This document shows, one piece after another, positions 52,428-62,757 of a stretch of DNA of 64,000 bases; within the stretch, counting starts at the first letter, position 1, and each line of letters starts with the position of its first letter. Source of the stretch: Nitrospirales bacterium (GTDB taxonomy: Bacteria > Nitrospirota > Nitrospiria > Nitrospirales > UBA8639); assembly GCA_963555755.3 (NCBI GenBank), contig OY820905.2:1184001-1248000 (forward strand), read 5' to 3'. The position numbers and the translations under genes were made by a program. The notes under the pieces are model-generated. The model ran no database searches. It was not told the origin of the DNA and was given only the letters and a program-made list of their open reading frames with translations.

Positions 52428-53619
52428 GTGTAGTGTCCTAATTTGATTGTATATTATCAAGAGTTGAGCGCGCACGATTCACTTTTTTTAAAATTTCTTC
52501 CGCGGACTTTGTCCACACAAATGGTTTCGGTTTTATATTCTGTTTCTCAATAGACTCAACAATCTTTTGCTCCAGCTCAGCGACCGAAGTACACACCCCT
52601 CGTTTCAGTTGCTTCTCTGTGAGTACACCAAAAAATCGCTCCACCAGATTCAGCCATGAGGAACTGGTTGGGGTGAAATGGAGAAAGACCCGTGGATTCC
52701 GTTTTAACCAGTTCCGGACTTTTTCGTGCTTATGTGTGGAATAATTATCAACGATAATATGCAGGTCTTTCTCCTTGTCTGTTTGACCTTCAACCGTCTT
52801 GATGAATTTGAGAAACTCTTTATGGGTATGCTTCTGGTAACATTCACCGGTTACCCTGCCGGTGGCAACTTCGAGTGCGGCAAACAGGGTACTGGTCCCG
52901 TTTCGTTTATAATCATGCGTGACGGTTCCACAGCGGCCTTTCTTGAATGGCAGCCCAGGTTGAGTACGATCTAAGGCCTGGATGGAGGTCTTTTCATCAA
53001 TGCAAAGGACTATCGCATTGTCTGGGGGGTTCAAATATAATCCCACGACGTCACACAACTTCTCTTCAAACTGTGGATCATTGCTGACCGTAAAGGTCTT
53101 CACTCAATGAGGTTTTAAGCCAACCGACTGCCACACACGATGCACAAAGCTGTGCGTCGTATTCAGTGCGTCCGCCAGTGTCCGGGTGGACCAATGCGTC
53201 GCGTTGGCTGGTTTCGCCTGCGTCGTGGTGGCAATAATCTTTTTCCGAAGTCTGGCCTGCTTTCGGGTGTCTTGCCCTCCATGATTGGCCCCTCTGGGTT
53301 TATCTTTACTGATTGCGATCAGGCCACCCTCGACAAATCGGTTTCTCCACTTGCCGACTTTGTTAGGTGGGATCTTGAGCCTTTGGGCGATCACTTTGTT
53401 CTCCAGGCCTGCGGCCGACAACAGGACGATGTGGGAGCGTTCGGCCAAGCGGACGGAGACGGATCGGCTTCGGGTGTTTTTCGTCAATGTCTTCTTGTCG
53501 AAAGCGGATAATGTAATTGTTGTTGCTACTCTCATAACGGCAGACTCCTCCTGTTCAAGGACAGCTGCAGTATAACAAGAATACAACATATAATATACAG
53601 TTTATTTAGGACACTACAC
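52428..53619 (-). mobile_element. IS630-family insertion sequence with TA duplication
   Basis: IRs gtgtagtgtcctaa / ttaggacactacac, inserted at CTAG with TA at 52426-52427 and 53620-53621. Confidence 0.93.
52438..53535 (-). pseudogene. IS630 transposase with in-frame nonsense codon
   Basis: HTH part (THWSTR..LKPH) and DDE part ([27 protein letters not shown]) in the same frame, separated by a single TGA at 53104-53106. Confidence 0.88.
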
Positions 53620-54223
53620 TAGGTTCCACAATTCCCAAGAAAACGGGGCAAACAGATGAACGCCGTTGGCCCATCTCAGCTGTGAGGAATCCAAGAGAAG
53701 ATGCGCGAAGGCATTGATCGCCAGCACACCAAACACTTTTTTCGGGTGCGCGGAAAGACAAGCCATGGCCCCAGCCAACATCACACATCCAAACAACGAA
53801 GCCTGACACATGGCATAGAGACGGAGATCGTACAGATCAATTGGAATGGCGAGGGATCGCACCACACGTTGGAGAATCCACGGCACATCGGGTATGACAC
53901 ATCCGACGAGTACCCATTTGGGATCACACCACGGGAAGAACCGATGGCCCAAAAACCCTTGCACGCCAAAGTGTGCTACCGTATTTGGCATTGTGAAATC
54001 CGATGGGAATGGTGTCTAACCACAAAACATGCTGGCGACAAGAACCAGAGGCTCTGAAAATATTCACCCTCCCTGGATTCATAGAATAACTGATGGGTTT
54101 TTTTCGTCAACCCTGGAAGGAAAAAAGAAGAGATGTGTTTCCCCGACATGCAAACCTGCCCAAGCACCTGTATGACCTGAACCGAGTGCTTGGGCTTTCT
54201 TCTAAACAAGGTCGAAATTTGGC

Positions 54224-54650
54224 TTATTGTCCACTCGCCCCGGCATCGAAGTTTTGTTGAATCTCTGCCTGAGTCAACGCTCGATCATACATCGCCATCA
54301 ACCGCATCGTCCCTGCCCACGGCCGATCCCCGCTGCCTTCATTCCCTAACGTCAACGGATCCGATGCATCCCAATTGCTCAACACGCCACTGATGGCCAC
54401 CGTCGTGGGATTCTCCACCCCATTCACATACACACGCTCCGTCGTCCCATCATAGGTGTGCACGATGTGTAGCAGCCCCGTCGTCACCACAGTATCATTC
54501 GTTTCGAGGCGAGGCTTGGCTTTATTGTCCTTGCCCGTATGGAGCAACCGCACTTGCACATCATTACCCTGCTGTCCTAACACATAATTCTGAAAATCCC
54601 CACGGATGTCGGCATCCCGCGTGCCAACATGACCCGTGACACCATCCTGA
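54224..54650 (-). pseudogene. C-terminal LamG/ConA-like domain fragment
   Basis: HIVHTYDGT..VYVNG...LTLGNE...W.G....AMYDRALTQAEIQQNF; no signal peptide or N-terminal part, abuts AT-rich DNA. Confidence 0.7.
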
Positions 54651-55173
54651 AGCACGTTGTAAAAGGGAGTCACATTAATTGACCAAATTTTCGATTCTGT
54701 AAAAAATGGTCATTAAGCAAACTTCTCAGGCAAAGATTAAAAATAACCTTTCACAATCTAAGGCAAAGAAAATTCCAGATGTAAGTTGTTAATAACTAAG
54801 GGATTTTTTAAAAGTTCCTTGAAAAAGTGTAAAATTCTACGACACTAAAATTCTTCACTATCAATAAAACGGTAGTAAATGGCATAAAAAACAACGACTT
54901 GAATAAAAAATTCGCTATTGTAAAAAAATTTACACATACCGAAGGAGAAAGGTGGGAATAGCATGAAATAGCCCAAAAACATTGGGAATTGAGGCATTGA
55001 ACAAGACTGTAAAAAATCCAAACAGTCCTGGTTACATTGATACGGCAGAGCTGTAATGGCACGAAAGATATCGCCGAATTCATTAAATTGACAAAAGATC
55101 TTTTTTAGACAAAAAACAGACTTCAACTTTTCCGAGAAAATAAAAAACTTGTGGAATGACGAGTAAGAATAAA

Positions 55174-55314
55174 GGGCACCTCTAAAAACCAGGCATTTTT
55201 TGTGAGGGCAAGGAAGCCGCGCGCGGAAAACCGGAGTGTATGGGCGAATACATGAGGATTTGAGCACGCGGCTGACGCCGCCATCACGGAAAAGGACGGT
55301 TTTTAGAGGTGCCC
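55174..55314 (+). mobile_element. Family F element, copy 2
   Basis: gggcacctctaaaaacc...ggtttttagaggtgccc followed by TAA. Confidence 0.9.
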
Positions 55315-56318
55315 TAAAGAATTGAACCAGAGAAGGGGTGATTTCAGGAGAGATTGCTGTGCCAACGCGCAATACCCTGCATGGTACGATCTTGGCGTAG
55401 CCCCACTGGATTGGCAATAATGCGGGGAAATGTCAGATACTCACATACGATTGGAATACTTTGAATCCAACGGACCACCCACCCCTAGTACTGAAAAGGG
55501 AGAGGGTCACGGGTTGAGAGGGTCACGGACTGGAAATCCTCCATCTGGAGCGCGTTGAAATCCATGATGGCATTCAGCCTCCAATCAAGAACGAAACCTC
55601 GCTTGGTTGCAGAGTCATTTCATTTTGGAAGAGACGCTAACTTTCCTTTTTTTGGTCTCTTATGTTATTCTTATGTTATTCTTTTGTTACTCGCCATTTT
55701 GAGTGCTCAATTTTGGTTCATTCAACTCGCAAAAAGCTGTCCGGGAAAAATGACTCACATTTTTAGACAACCTCTTCATTGTTGCCACGTGTAAATTCCG
55801 CCATCCTTGTGGTATCTGGCAGTCGTCCCCTACTCACGACATTGCCCCGGAAACCCGCTGACTGTATTTGAATTTCGATATGACAAGAAGAGGTAAATGC
55901 CAGACTTAGCCTACAGGGATTGCCTGAATGACGTATAGACAATACCCACCAAATTTTGAGAAATGGTTGTATACCCATAATGGGGTACTTACCCCAAACT
56001 TAATGTATTTTTTCAAAATAAAGTTTCTGTGGAATGGCTTTTGATAAAAAAAGGATTTTGTTCAATTAACAGTGCCCTCTACAGTAAAAAATTAATTAAA
56101 AAGAGACGGATTGTAAAATATACCTACACAAGAGGTACAATAGGAAATGAATGAAGGAATACTCCCCCAGGATAAGGAGGAAGACACCACTACGAATGCA
56201 AGGATAGCTACCCAGTGAGGGATGAATTGTGATATAAAGACATTTTTGGGTTGGCTAGAGAAATGGAAGAAACTGTTAATTTCAATAACCATGGAACTTT
56301 TTCAAAGAGGTTTTAGAC

Positions 56319-56822
56319 ATGCCAAAAGGTAAAAATTCTATAAATATCAGAGGAACATTGGAGCCCTTAAGTGCCTGGAAACGGCATAAGGCGTTGCAAG
56401 AGCTGGCTCGATTTATGGGTCAGGAAGGGCGAGATCATCTCACCCAGTTGGAATATGATCTGGCCGAAGACAAAACCTATTCGGTGCAATTTTTTGTCAG
56501 GCACTGGGGATCGTGGACTCGAGCAGTCCAAAAAGCCCGAGAGCTGATTGATCAGAATGATAAGCCGGAACCCGAGACTTCCCCCTTTGCTGGTTGGGTT
56601 GCATGTCTCTGCGGAAAAGCCTGTCATTGCGAAAAACGGTTCTGGAGTCCAGACCGTCGGCGAATTCGCATGTGTGATGCGTGTCGATCCTGGTCAGATA
56701 AACTATCCGTGGATGACCAATTCTTCTATCTGACTGATGATACGGTCCTCAATACCGGAGCCCGGGGCACGGCAAAACAAGGGCGCCCCCGAAAGAACGA
56801 AGTCGAAGTCAGTGCCAAATAA
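56319..56822 (+). CDS. Hypothetical protein with homing-endonuclease-associated repeat-like motif and Cys cluster
   Basis: YSVQFFVRHWGSWTRAVQKA resembles the FGSW..AL..A repeat; CLCGKACHC...CDAC; GAGG RBS. Confidence 0.6.
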   Translation: MPKGKNSINIRGTLEPLSAWKRHKALQELARFMGQEGRDHLTQLEYDLAEDKTYSVQFFVRHWGSWTRAVQKARELIDQNDKPEPETSPFAGWVACLCGKACHCEKRFWSPDRRRIRMCDACRSWSDKLSVDDQFFYLTDDTVLNTGARGTAKQGRPRKNEVEVSAK

Positions 56823-56853
56823 AAACACCCGAAATAGCTTGCTGCAGTATTAA

Positions 56854-56994
56854 GGGCACCTCTACAAACCAGGCATTTTTTGTGAGGGCAAGGAAGCCGC
56901 GCGCGGAAAACCGGAGTGTAGGGGCGAATACATGAGGATTTGAGCACGCGGCTGACGCCGCCATCACGGAAAAGGACGGTTTTTAGAGGTGCCC
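56854..56994 (+). mobile_element. Family F element, copy 3
   Basis: Flanks TAA / TTA; near-identical to the copy at 55174. Confidence 0.9.
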
Positions 56995-57328
56995 TTAAGG
57001 GAACTTAAGGGAATATGGACGTCTAATTTCTGTGGTGGCCGCCACCTTAGTGGATACGCGAACACCCCCTTTTCTTTTCAGGTATTTTCCCACCGGGTAC
57101 AAGCCAGGTTAAAGATTGTGACAGCACCCCTATGGGTGATTCATTATCTAGGAATCAGCTTTTCTAAAACACTATGAACCCGCCCGTTGGCACGCCATCT
57201 GGGTAGCAAAACAACGAACTCGATCACCGACTGAGTGAGCACCCAAAATTCCCAAGAGGCCATTTCATGGTCCAAAGCGGCATGGAACCTTAGTCGTGTG
57301 GTATCCTGGGATGGGCGGCCTGTTGGAC

Positions 57329-57517
57329 ATGAAAGCCGTCGTTCTTTCCAATGATACCCTCAAAGTTCAGTTTGATTTCGACCACCCGAAAGATTGCCGA
57401 ATGGCCTATGCGACGTTGGTTGAAAAACCTCAATTTGTGATCGGGACACTAGACGCCTTTGGAGAACGGACATTTTTCTACCTACCTCACAATAAAAAGC
57501 ACCCTAACCCTCGTTAG
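57329..57517 (+). CDS. Small hypothetical protein
   Basis: MKAVVLSNDTLKVQFDFDHP...; protein-like composition only. Confidence 0.35.
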   Translation: MKAVVLSNDTLKVQFDFDHPKDCRMAYATLVEKPQFVIGTLDAFGERTFFYLPHNKKHPNPR

Positions 57518-58056
57518 ATCGCCACTGACGAAAGGAAGGCCCACACGGACCATTTCTTTTCATGCAATCCCAATTTTCTCGGATTGTTGGCCAGACTTTC
57601 CTCCCTCCAAGAGATTTATTTTCCTTCTGAGTTTTTCAGGACACTTCCAATAGAATTGAGACTCCGCTATGGGCTGGTGACACCCTGTACACAATATTAT
57701 ATTTTCTGGAACTCATTCTGGTGGTTTTTCAAAATTTTCCTCAATAGAGATAATTGGCCCTATAAATAAGTATAAAGTACATCTAGAAGATACGCGTTAA
57801 AGGCAGTAGGCTTGAGAGAATCATCACCTTGAATTTTTCAAGGAGGCTTAGCATCTTGTAAATTTTTATTTTGTAACGTGGCAAACCTCTTTATTCATAG
57901 ATAGGGTCAATGGTGCAATAGGTATTACGCCCTTATTCGACCATTTCATAAGGTGCATCATTTCGCCATGTTTTTTGAAATAGGGCCAAATAAATAAACC
58001 TAGCTTCATCAACATCTGTACTAAGAAATTTATTCTTTCAATTGGAATGAGTTAGG

Positions 58057-60942
58057 ATGAATGCATTGAGCTTTGATACAACTTCCCAAGTGAACCGAGA
58101 GGATTCTAACGACGGGCTTGGTATGCTTCTCATAGACCCTAACTCGGAACAGGCGCTACACCTTTTACAGACCCAGAAATCGATACTGGAAAACATCGTT
58201 CAAGGTCACGATCTGACCACAATTCTCAATACGCTCTGCATTGAAATGGAAAGGGTCCTCTTCCCCTCCCTCTGCTCCATCATGCTCCTCGATGAACCCA
58301 CCGGCCGGTTGCATGTGAGAGCCGCTCCTAATATGCCCAACAGCCTCTATGTCGATCTTGATAAGTCGGGTCTCGAGAATCCAACAGGTTCATGTGGTAT
58401 CGCGATTCAGACAGGAACGGTAGCTGTCATTGTGAACACCGAAACTGATCCCCATCGGGACAAGATCCGTGAACGAGCCGACAGGCATGGGATTCAAGCC
58501 TGTTGGTCAATTCCGATCGTGTCGAAGAAGAACACCCCCGTCGGGACCGTTGCCCTTTCATACCGGCAACTCCGGCGGCCCACGGCATTCGATCTTCATG
58601 CCCTTGAAACCGCAGCGACTCTCGCTGGCTACGCCATCCAACGTCGCAAAGAAGAGCACGAACTCCAGACCAGTCACGAACGACTTCAAAGCCTGTTTGA
58701 CTCAGCCCCCGTTGCGTACTTCACCAGCACCATGGACGGAATAATCTTGAGCGCCAATTCCTACACCGCAGCCTTATCAGGCATCCCGCAAGATGAATTA
58801 CCTGGCCGACCGATGCTCAATCTCTACGCACCAACCCTCCGTGGGAGAAAAAAAGCGGAACGAATCCACAAATGGATCAACCACGGGCTCGAAGTCGAGG
58901 GAGAAGAAATAGAACTGGAACGACCTGATGGCACCCGTCGCTGGATCAGCCTCACTGTACGTCTTATTCGAGACTCCATGGGAAACCCCATTGAGCGGCG
59001 GGGCATTCTTGAAGATATTTCCAACCGAAAACAAGCCGAACATTTATTGGACCAACAGAAATCTATTTTAGAGATGATTGCCAGGGGACAACCCCTCCAC
59101 CAGACCCTGTCCCGCCTATGTGAGGGAATCGAAACGCTCTCTCCAGACATGAAATGCTCTATTCACCAATTGGAAGGATCCACGCTCACTCTTCTGGCCG
59201 CCCCATCCTTCCCTGAAAGTTATACGAGTACAATCGCCACCCTTAAAATTGGACCGGATGTCGAATCGTGTGGAACCGCCGCCTATCGCCGAGAAGTCGT
59301 TGTCGTCTCGGATATTGCCACAGATCCGTTATGGAATAAGGGACGAACTTTAGCCCTGACACATGGGCTTCAAGCCTGTTGGGCCCACCCTATTTTCTCG
59401 TCCAACCATGAAGTGTTAGGAACGATGGCGATGTACTATCCCCAACCACGCACCCCCAGTAATGATGATTGGCAGATAATCGAATCGTCCACAAAGTTAG
59501 CCGGGATCGCGTTGGAACAGGAACGGGATCGCGCGGCCCTCACACAGAGCGAAACCCGGTATCGGATTCTCTACGAAGATAATCCTTCGATGTACTTTAC
59601 CGTGGCTCTGGATGGAACGGTGCGATCGGTGAATCAATTTGGCGCATCCCAACTCGGATTTACTCCAAGCGAACTCCTAGGAACATCGGTGTTTTCCCTG
59701 TGTCACAAGAACGATCAAGCAACGGTTCGACACCACTTCGAATCGTATCTCCAAGCTCCTTCCAACCTCGAATATTTTGAATGTCGAAAAGTCCGAAAAG
59801 ATGGAACCGTCATTTGGGCCCGGGAAACGATTCGATTGCTCCAAAGCAAAGAACAGGAATCCGTCCTTCTCCTCGTCTGTGAAGATATTACCAAGCAAAA
59901 ACGTGGCGAAGAAACGGTCGAACTGACCCAACATGTCTTTGATATCTTGCCAGACCATGTATCGATCGTCGGGTCGGATTACCGTTATCGTCGGGTCAAT
60001 AGTGTCTATGAACAGGTTCATGGTCTCCCCGCACAGGAGTTCATTGGCAAACAGATCTCCGACCTGCTTGGGAAACAGACGTTCCGGCAAGATATCAAAC
60101 CACACTTCGACCGTTGCCTTGCCGGAGAACGCGTGTCATATGAACAATGGTTCCAATTTCCCAATGGTCAGACACGATTCATGGCCGTCACCTACTCCCC
60201 ACTGCGGTCCCCGGATTCGCCTCATGGAGTTGAGGCGGTGGTCGTAAATTCACGTGACTTGACCCTGCGAAAACAGGTGGAAGAGGCTCTGAAAGACAGC
60301 GAAGGGCACCTCCGCATTCTCTTAGACGAACGCACCAGGATTAGCCAGGATCTTCATGATCACGTGCTCCAATCCGTGTACGCCTTGGGACTGATTATTG
60401 CCGCCATCCGGAAACCACTGAAAACCAAAAATTTTTCGGAAGTGTATGAATTCCTCGATCAAGCCGTCTCACAAGTGAATCATGCCATTGCCGACATTCG
60501 CAGATTTATCGAAGGGCTACCCCAAGATGGAGGGGAAATCGGAGACTTCACGACTGAGCTGAAAAATCTGATCCAGTCCATGTCCCTCCCGAATGGACCG
60601 ACATTCCAATTACGCATCGATCCAGAAGCCGCAGCCCTCCTTCCCAAAAACGACAGCCTGCATCTTCTCAGCATTGCTCGAGAATCCATGAGTAATTGCC
60701 TGCGTCACGCCCAAGCCTCCAAGGGCTCCATTAGCCTGACCCGAAGGCACGGAAAGCTGCGATTCGAGGTCCGTGATAATGGCATCGGATTCAACTACCA
60801 AGAAAGATTCCACTCAGGACACGGACTGCTCAATATGAAATCCCGCTCTGAATATGTACACGGCACAATCGTCATCCGCTCAGCTCCTCAGAAAGGAACC
60901 AGAGTGATTATTGACATGCCAAACAACCCACAAGGAAAGTAG
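58057..60942 (+). CDS. Cytoplasmic sensor histidine kinase GAF-PAS-GAF-PAS-PAS-HisKA_3-HATPase
   Basis: Two similar GAFs (GSCGIA / ESCGTAA, ACWSIPI / ACWAHPI), PAS-PAC ends (EDIS, EDIT, RDLT), ERTRISQDLHD, DNGIGF, GHGLLNM. Confidence 0.93.
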   Translation: MNALSFDTTSQVNREDSNDGLGMLLIDPNSEQALHLLQTQKSILENIVQGHDLTTILNTLCIEMERVLFPSLCSIMLLDEPTGRLHVRAAPNMPNSLYVDLDKSGLENPTGSCGIAIQTGTVAVIVNTETDPHRDKIRERADRHGIQACWSIPIVSKKNTPVGTVALSYRQLRRPTAFDLHALETAATLAGYAIQRRKEEHELQTSHERLQSLFDSAPVAYFTSTMDGIILSANSYTAALSGIPQDELPGRPMLNLYAPTLRGRKKAERIHKWINHGLEVEGEEIELERPDGTRRWISLTVRLIRDSMGNPIERRGILEDISNRKQAEHLLDQQKSILEMIARGQPLHQTLSRLCEGIETLSPDMKCSIHQLEGSTLTLLAAPSFPESYTSTIATLKIGPDVESCGTAAYRREVVVVSDIATDPLWNKGRTLALTHGLQACWAHPIFSSNHEVLGTMAMYYPQPRTPSNDDWQIIESSTKLAGIALEQERDRAALTQSETRYRILYEDNPSMYFTVALDGTVRSVNQFGASQLGFTPSELLGTSVFSLCHKNDQATVRHHFESYLQAPSNLEYFECRKVRKDGTVIWARETIRLLQSKEQESVLLLVCEDITKQKRGEETVELTQHVFDILPDHVSIVGSDYRYRRVNSVYEQVHGLPAQEFIGKQISDLLGKQTFRQDIKPHFDRCLAGERVSYEQWFQFPNGQTRFMAVTYSPLRSPDSPHGVEAVVVNSRDLTLRKQVEEALKDSEGHLRILLDERTRISQDLHDHVLQSVYALGLIIAAIRKPLKTKNFSEVYEFLDQAVSQVNHAIADIRRFIEGLPQDGGEIGDFTTELKNLIQSMSLPNGPTFQLRIDPEAAALLPKNDSLHLLSIARESMSNCLRHAQASKGSISLTRRHGKLRFEVRDNGIGFNYQERFHSGHGLLNMKSRSEYVHGTIVIRSAPQKGTRVIIDMPNNPQGK

Positions 60943-60949
60943 GCAAACC

Positions 60950-61609
60950 ATGATTGAAATTCTGTTAGTAGAAGACCATGAAGTCGTCCGCATCGGCCTG
61001 CGTACCGTTCTGGCCCAGCACCCAGACTTCACCATCGTCGCAGAAGTCGGAACCGTTGAGGGCGCGACGCAGGAAGGCATCAAACTTCAGCCACATATCG
61101 TGCTCATGGATCTCCGGCTCCCGGACGGAAGCGGCGCGGATGCCTGTCGTGCTATTCTAGAGGCCTGTCCCAACACCCGTATCCTGTTTCTGACCTCCTA
61201 CCGAGACGAGGATTCCATGTTAGCCGCCATCTTAGCCGGAGCCTCGGGCTATCTTCTCAAGGAAGTCAGTCCCGATCGATTGATACAAGCCATAGAATTA
61301 GTCGCGGACGGACATTCCATTCTTGATCACGAGGTTATTAAAAAAGTCAAATCCTGGGTCCAAAAAAAGTCGCAACCATCAAACCCGGCCAAAAAATGGA
61401 ATTTGTCCCCCCAACAATTTCGTGTATTGGAACAAGTGGCCGAAGGCAAAACCAACAAAGAAATCGGGCGCGTCTTAGGGCTGAGTGATAAAACCGTCAG
61501 AAACTATCTGGCGACCATTTTTGAAAAACTCCAGATCACTCGACGCAGCCAGGCTGCAGCCATGTTCATACGGCAACACCTCAAAGACACTGCCACCGTG
61601 GAGGTGTAG
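60950..61609 (+). CDS. NarL/LuxR-family response regulator
   Basis: LVEDHEVVR, MDLRLPD, GYLLK; HTH GKTNKEIG..LGLSDKTVRNY. Confidence 0.95.
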   Translation: MIEILLVEDHEVVRIGLRTVLAQHPDFTIVAEVGTVEGATQEGIKLQPHIVLMDLRLPDGSGADACRAILEACPNTRILFLTSYRDEDSMLAAILAGASGYLLKEVSPDRLIQAIELVADGHSILDHEVIKKVKSWVQKKSQPSNPAKKWNLSPQQFRVLEQVAEGKTNKEIGRVLGLSDKTVRNYLATIFEKLQITRRSQAAAMFIRQHLKDTATVEV

Positions 61610-61687
61610 GACTCGTCGCTGGTTGCTGGTTGCTAGTCGCTCGGGAAAAAAGTTTAAGATTCCAGATACCAGCGACCAGCCTGCTCA

Positions 61688-61751
61688 AGCCCTACTTCAC
61701 CAAAAAACGGCAGTTGGGGGCCCAACTGCCGTTTTTTGGTGAAGTAGGGCT
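61688..61751. repeat. Perfect palindrome with 31-bp arms
   Basis: agccctacttcaccaaaaaacggcagttggg-gg-cccaactgccgttttttggtgaagtagggct. Confidence 0.85.
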
Positions 61752-61926
61752 CACACCTCATGTTGTCTCCCTCCAAAACCGAAAATCTTCATACAGGCAA
61801 CCTCCTAGGCTGATTTAGTTCAGGCACACTGTGATGTCCATCATCCTAGAAACAGCAGTTGGGCGCAAAAAAGCCGTGCAAGACATTGGTGTGCATGGTG
61901 AAATACAAAAAGTCGTGGTCACCTTA

Positions 61927-62083
61927 GGGCTCGCGCAACAATAACTTTCCCTGTTTGGGCGTCGATCCATCCCGTCTGGCGGCGTTGCTCGTCCTTTCCA
62001 TACGAGGAGTATGCGCAGTCCTCGCGCCTTGCCAGACAGGTGTCTCAGCACCCAAACAGGGAAAGTTATTGTTGCACGAACCC
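61927..62083 (-). mobile_element. Family A element, copy 8 (nested in B, TTA direct repeats)
   Basis: Same site and orientation within B as the copy at 6024. Confidence 0.92.
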
Positions 62084-62126
62084 TTAGTGGTGATGAGATA
62101 ATTTTTTATTTTGCCAGGTGTGCTCA

Positions 62127-62288
62127 GGGTCCGTCACGAAATAACCGGGACAATTGGGAGGGCCGGACGCTTTTGGGCTCCGCCGGCGTCGCTCATCACT
62201 TCCATACTCCCGGTATGCGCGCTCTTCGCTCCTTGGCTCGCTCCAAAATCGTCTCGGCCAATTGTCCCGGTTATTTCGTGACGGACCC
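62127..62288 (-). mobile_element. Palindromic element family C
   Basis: Perfect 31-nt arms gggtccgtcacgaaataaccgggacaattgg / ccaattgtcccggttatttcgtgacggaccc; A-like core. Confidence 0.88.
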
Positions 62289-62291
62289 TAA

Positions 62292-62448
62292 GGGCTCGCG
62301 CAAGAATAACTTCCCATCTTTGAGCGTCGATCCATCCTGTCTGGCGGCGTTGCTCGTCCCTTACATACCAAGAGTATGCGCAGTCCTCGCGCCTTGCCAG
62401 ACAGGTGTCTCGTCACCCCAAAATGGGAAGTTATTCTTGCGCGAGCCC
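62292..62448 (-). mobile_element. Family A element, copy 9
   Basis: Between TAA at 62289-62291 and TCA at 62449-62451. Confidence 0.92.
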
Positions 62449-62451
62449 TCA

Positions 62452-62631
62452 GGACCTGCGAGAAAATAACTTGATCAATATCGGGCCAAGATTTGGGTCG
62501 GATTTGGACGGAACGATTGAGAAACACTCGAGGCATAGCACAGCTATGGTGAGGGTTTTTCGATTGAGGCCCGTTCAAAGATGGCCCGAAAATTGGATGC
62601 GAGATTGATCAAGTTATTTTCTCGCAGGTCC
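62452..62631. mobile_element. Family D element, copy 2
   Basis: ggacctgcgagaaaataacttgatc...gatcaagttattttctcgcaggtcc followed by TAA. Confidence 0.9.
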
Positions 62632-62757
62632 TAAGAGCTTGCGCGGACTTTTGTGATCCAACTGCTGTTTCTAGGATCACGCCTGACGAAACATCACCAT
62701 CCGGGATGTGGTCTTCAACCCACGCCAAAGAGACACCAGCGAATTGAGAGTGAGGAT

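Larger units (their letters stand above)
51892..53991 (-). pseudogene. Membrane metal-dependent hydrolase-like gene split by IS630
   Basis: N-part MPNTVAH..IPD..HLLLD..G..LFAPFSWELWNL joins in frame to GWYWPESIVTYGL.. once the IS and one TA are removed. Confidence 0.85.
61844..62676 (+). mobile_element. Family B host element carrying four nested elements; TCA direct repeats
   Basis: tcctagaaac...gtttctagga flanked by TCA at 61841-61843 and 62677-62679. Confidence 0.9.

Noticed and set aside
53104..53106. Selenocysteine or programmed recoding at the TGA in the IS630 transposase
   Set aside because: The position is not a Cys site and both halves are in the same frame; a point nonsense mutation is simpler
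43874..53619. IS1380 or IS630 as the mobiliser of families A-H
   Set aside because: Their IRs (CCCAA.ATCCGCG; GTGTAGTGTCC with TA duplication) do not resemble the termini of any family
54845..55417. 190-aa minus-strand ORF
   Set aside because: Runs through an F element and AT-rich low-complexity DNA; Phe/Cys-rich and not protein-like
61927..62631. CRISPR array or integron cassette array interpretation of the tandem repeats
   Set aside because: Units are 157-180 bp palindromes separated by 3 nt, with no unique spacers, no cas or intI gene, no GTTRRRY attC ends and no cassette ORFs
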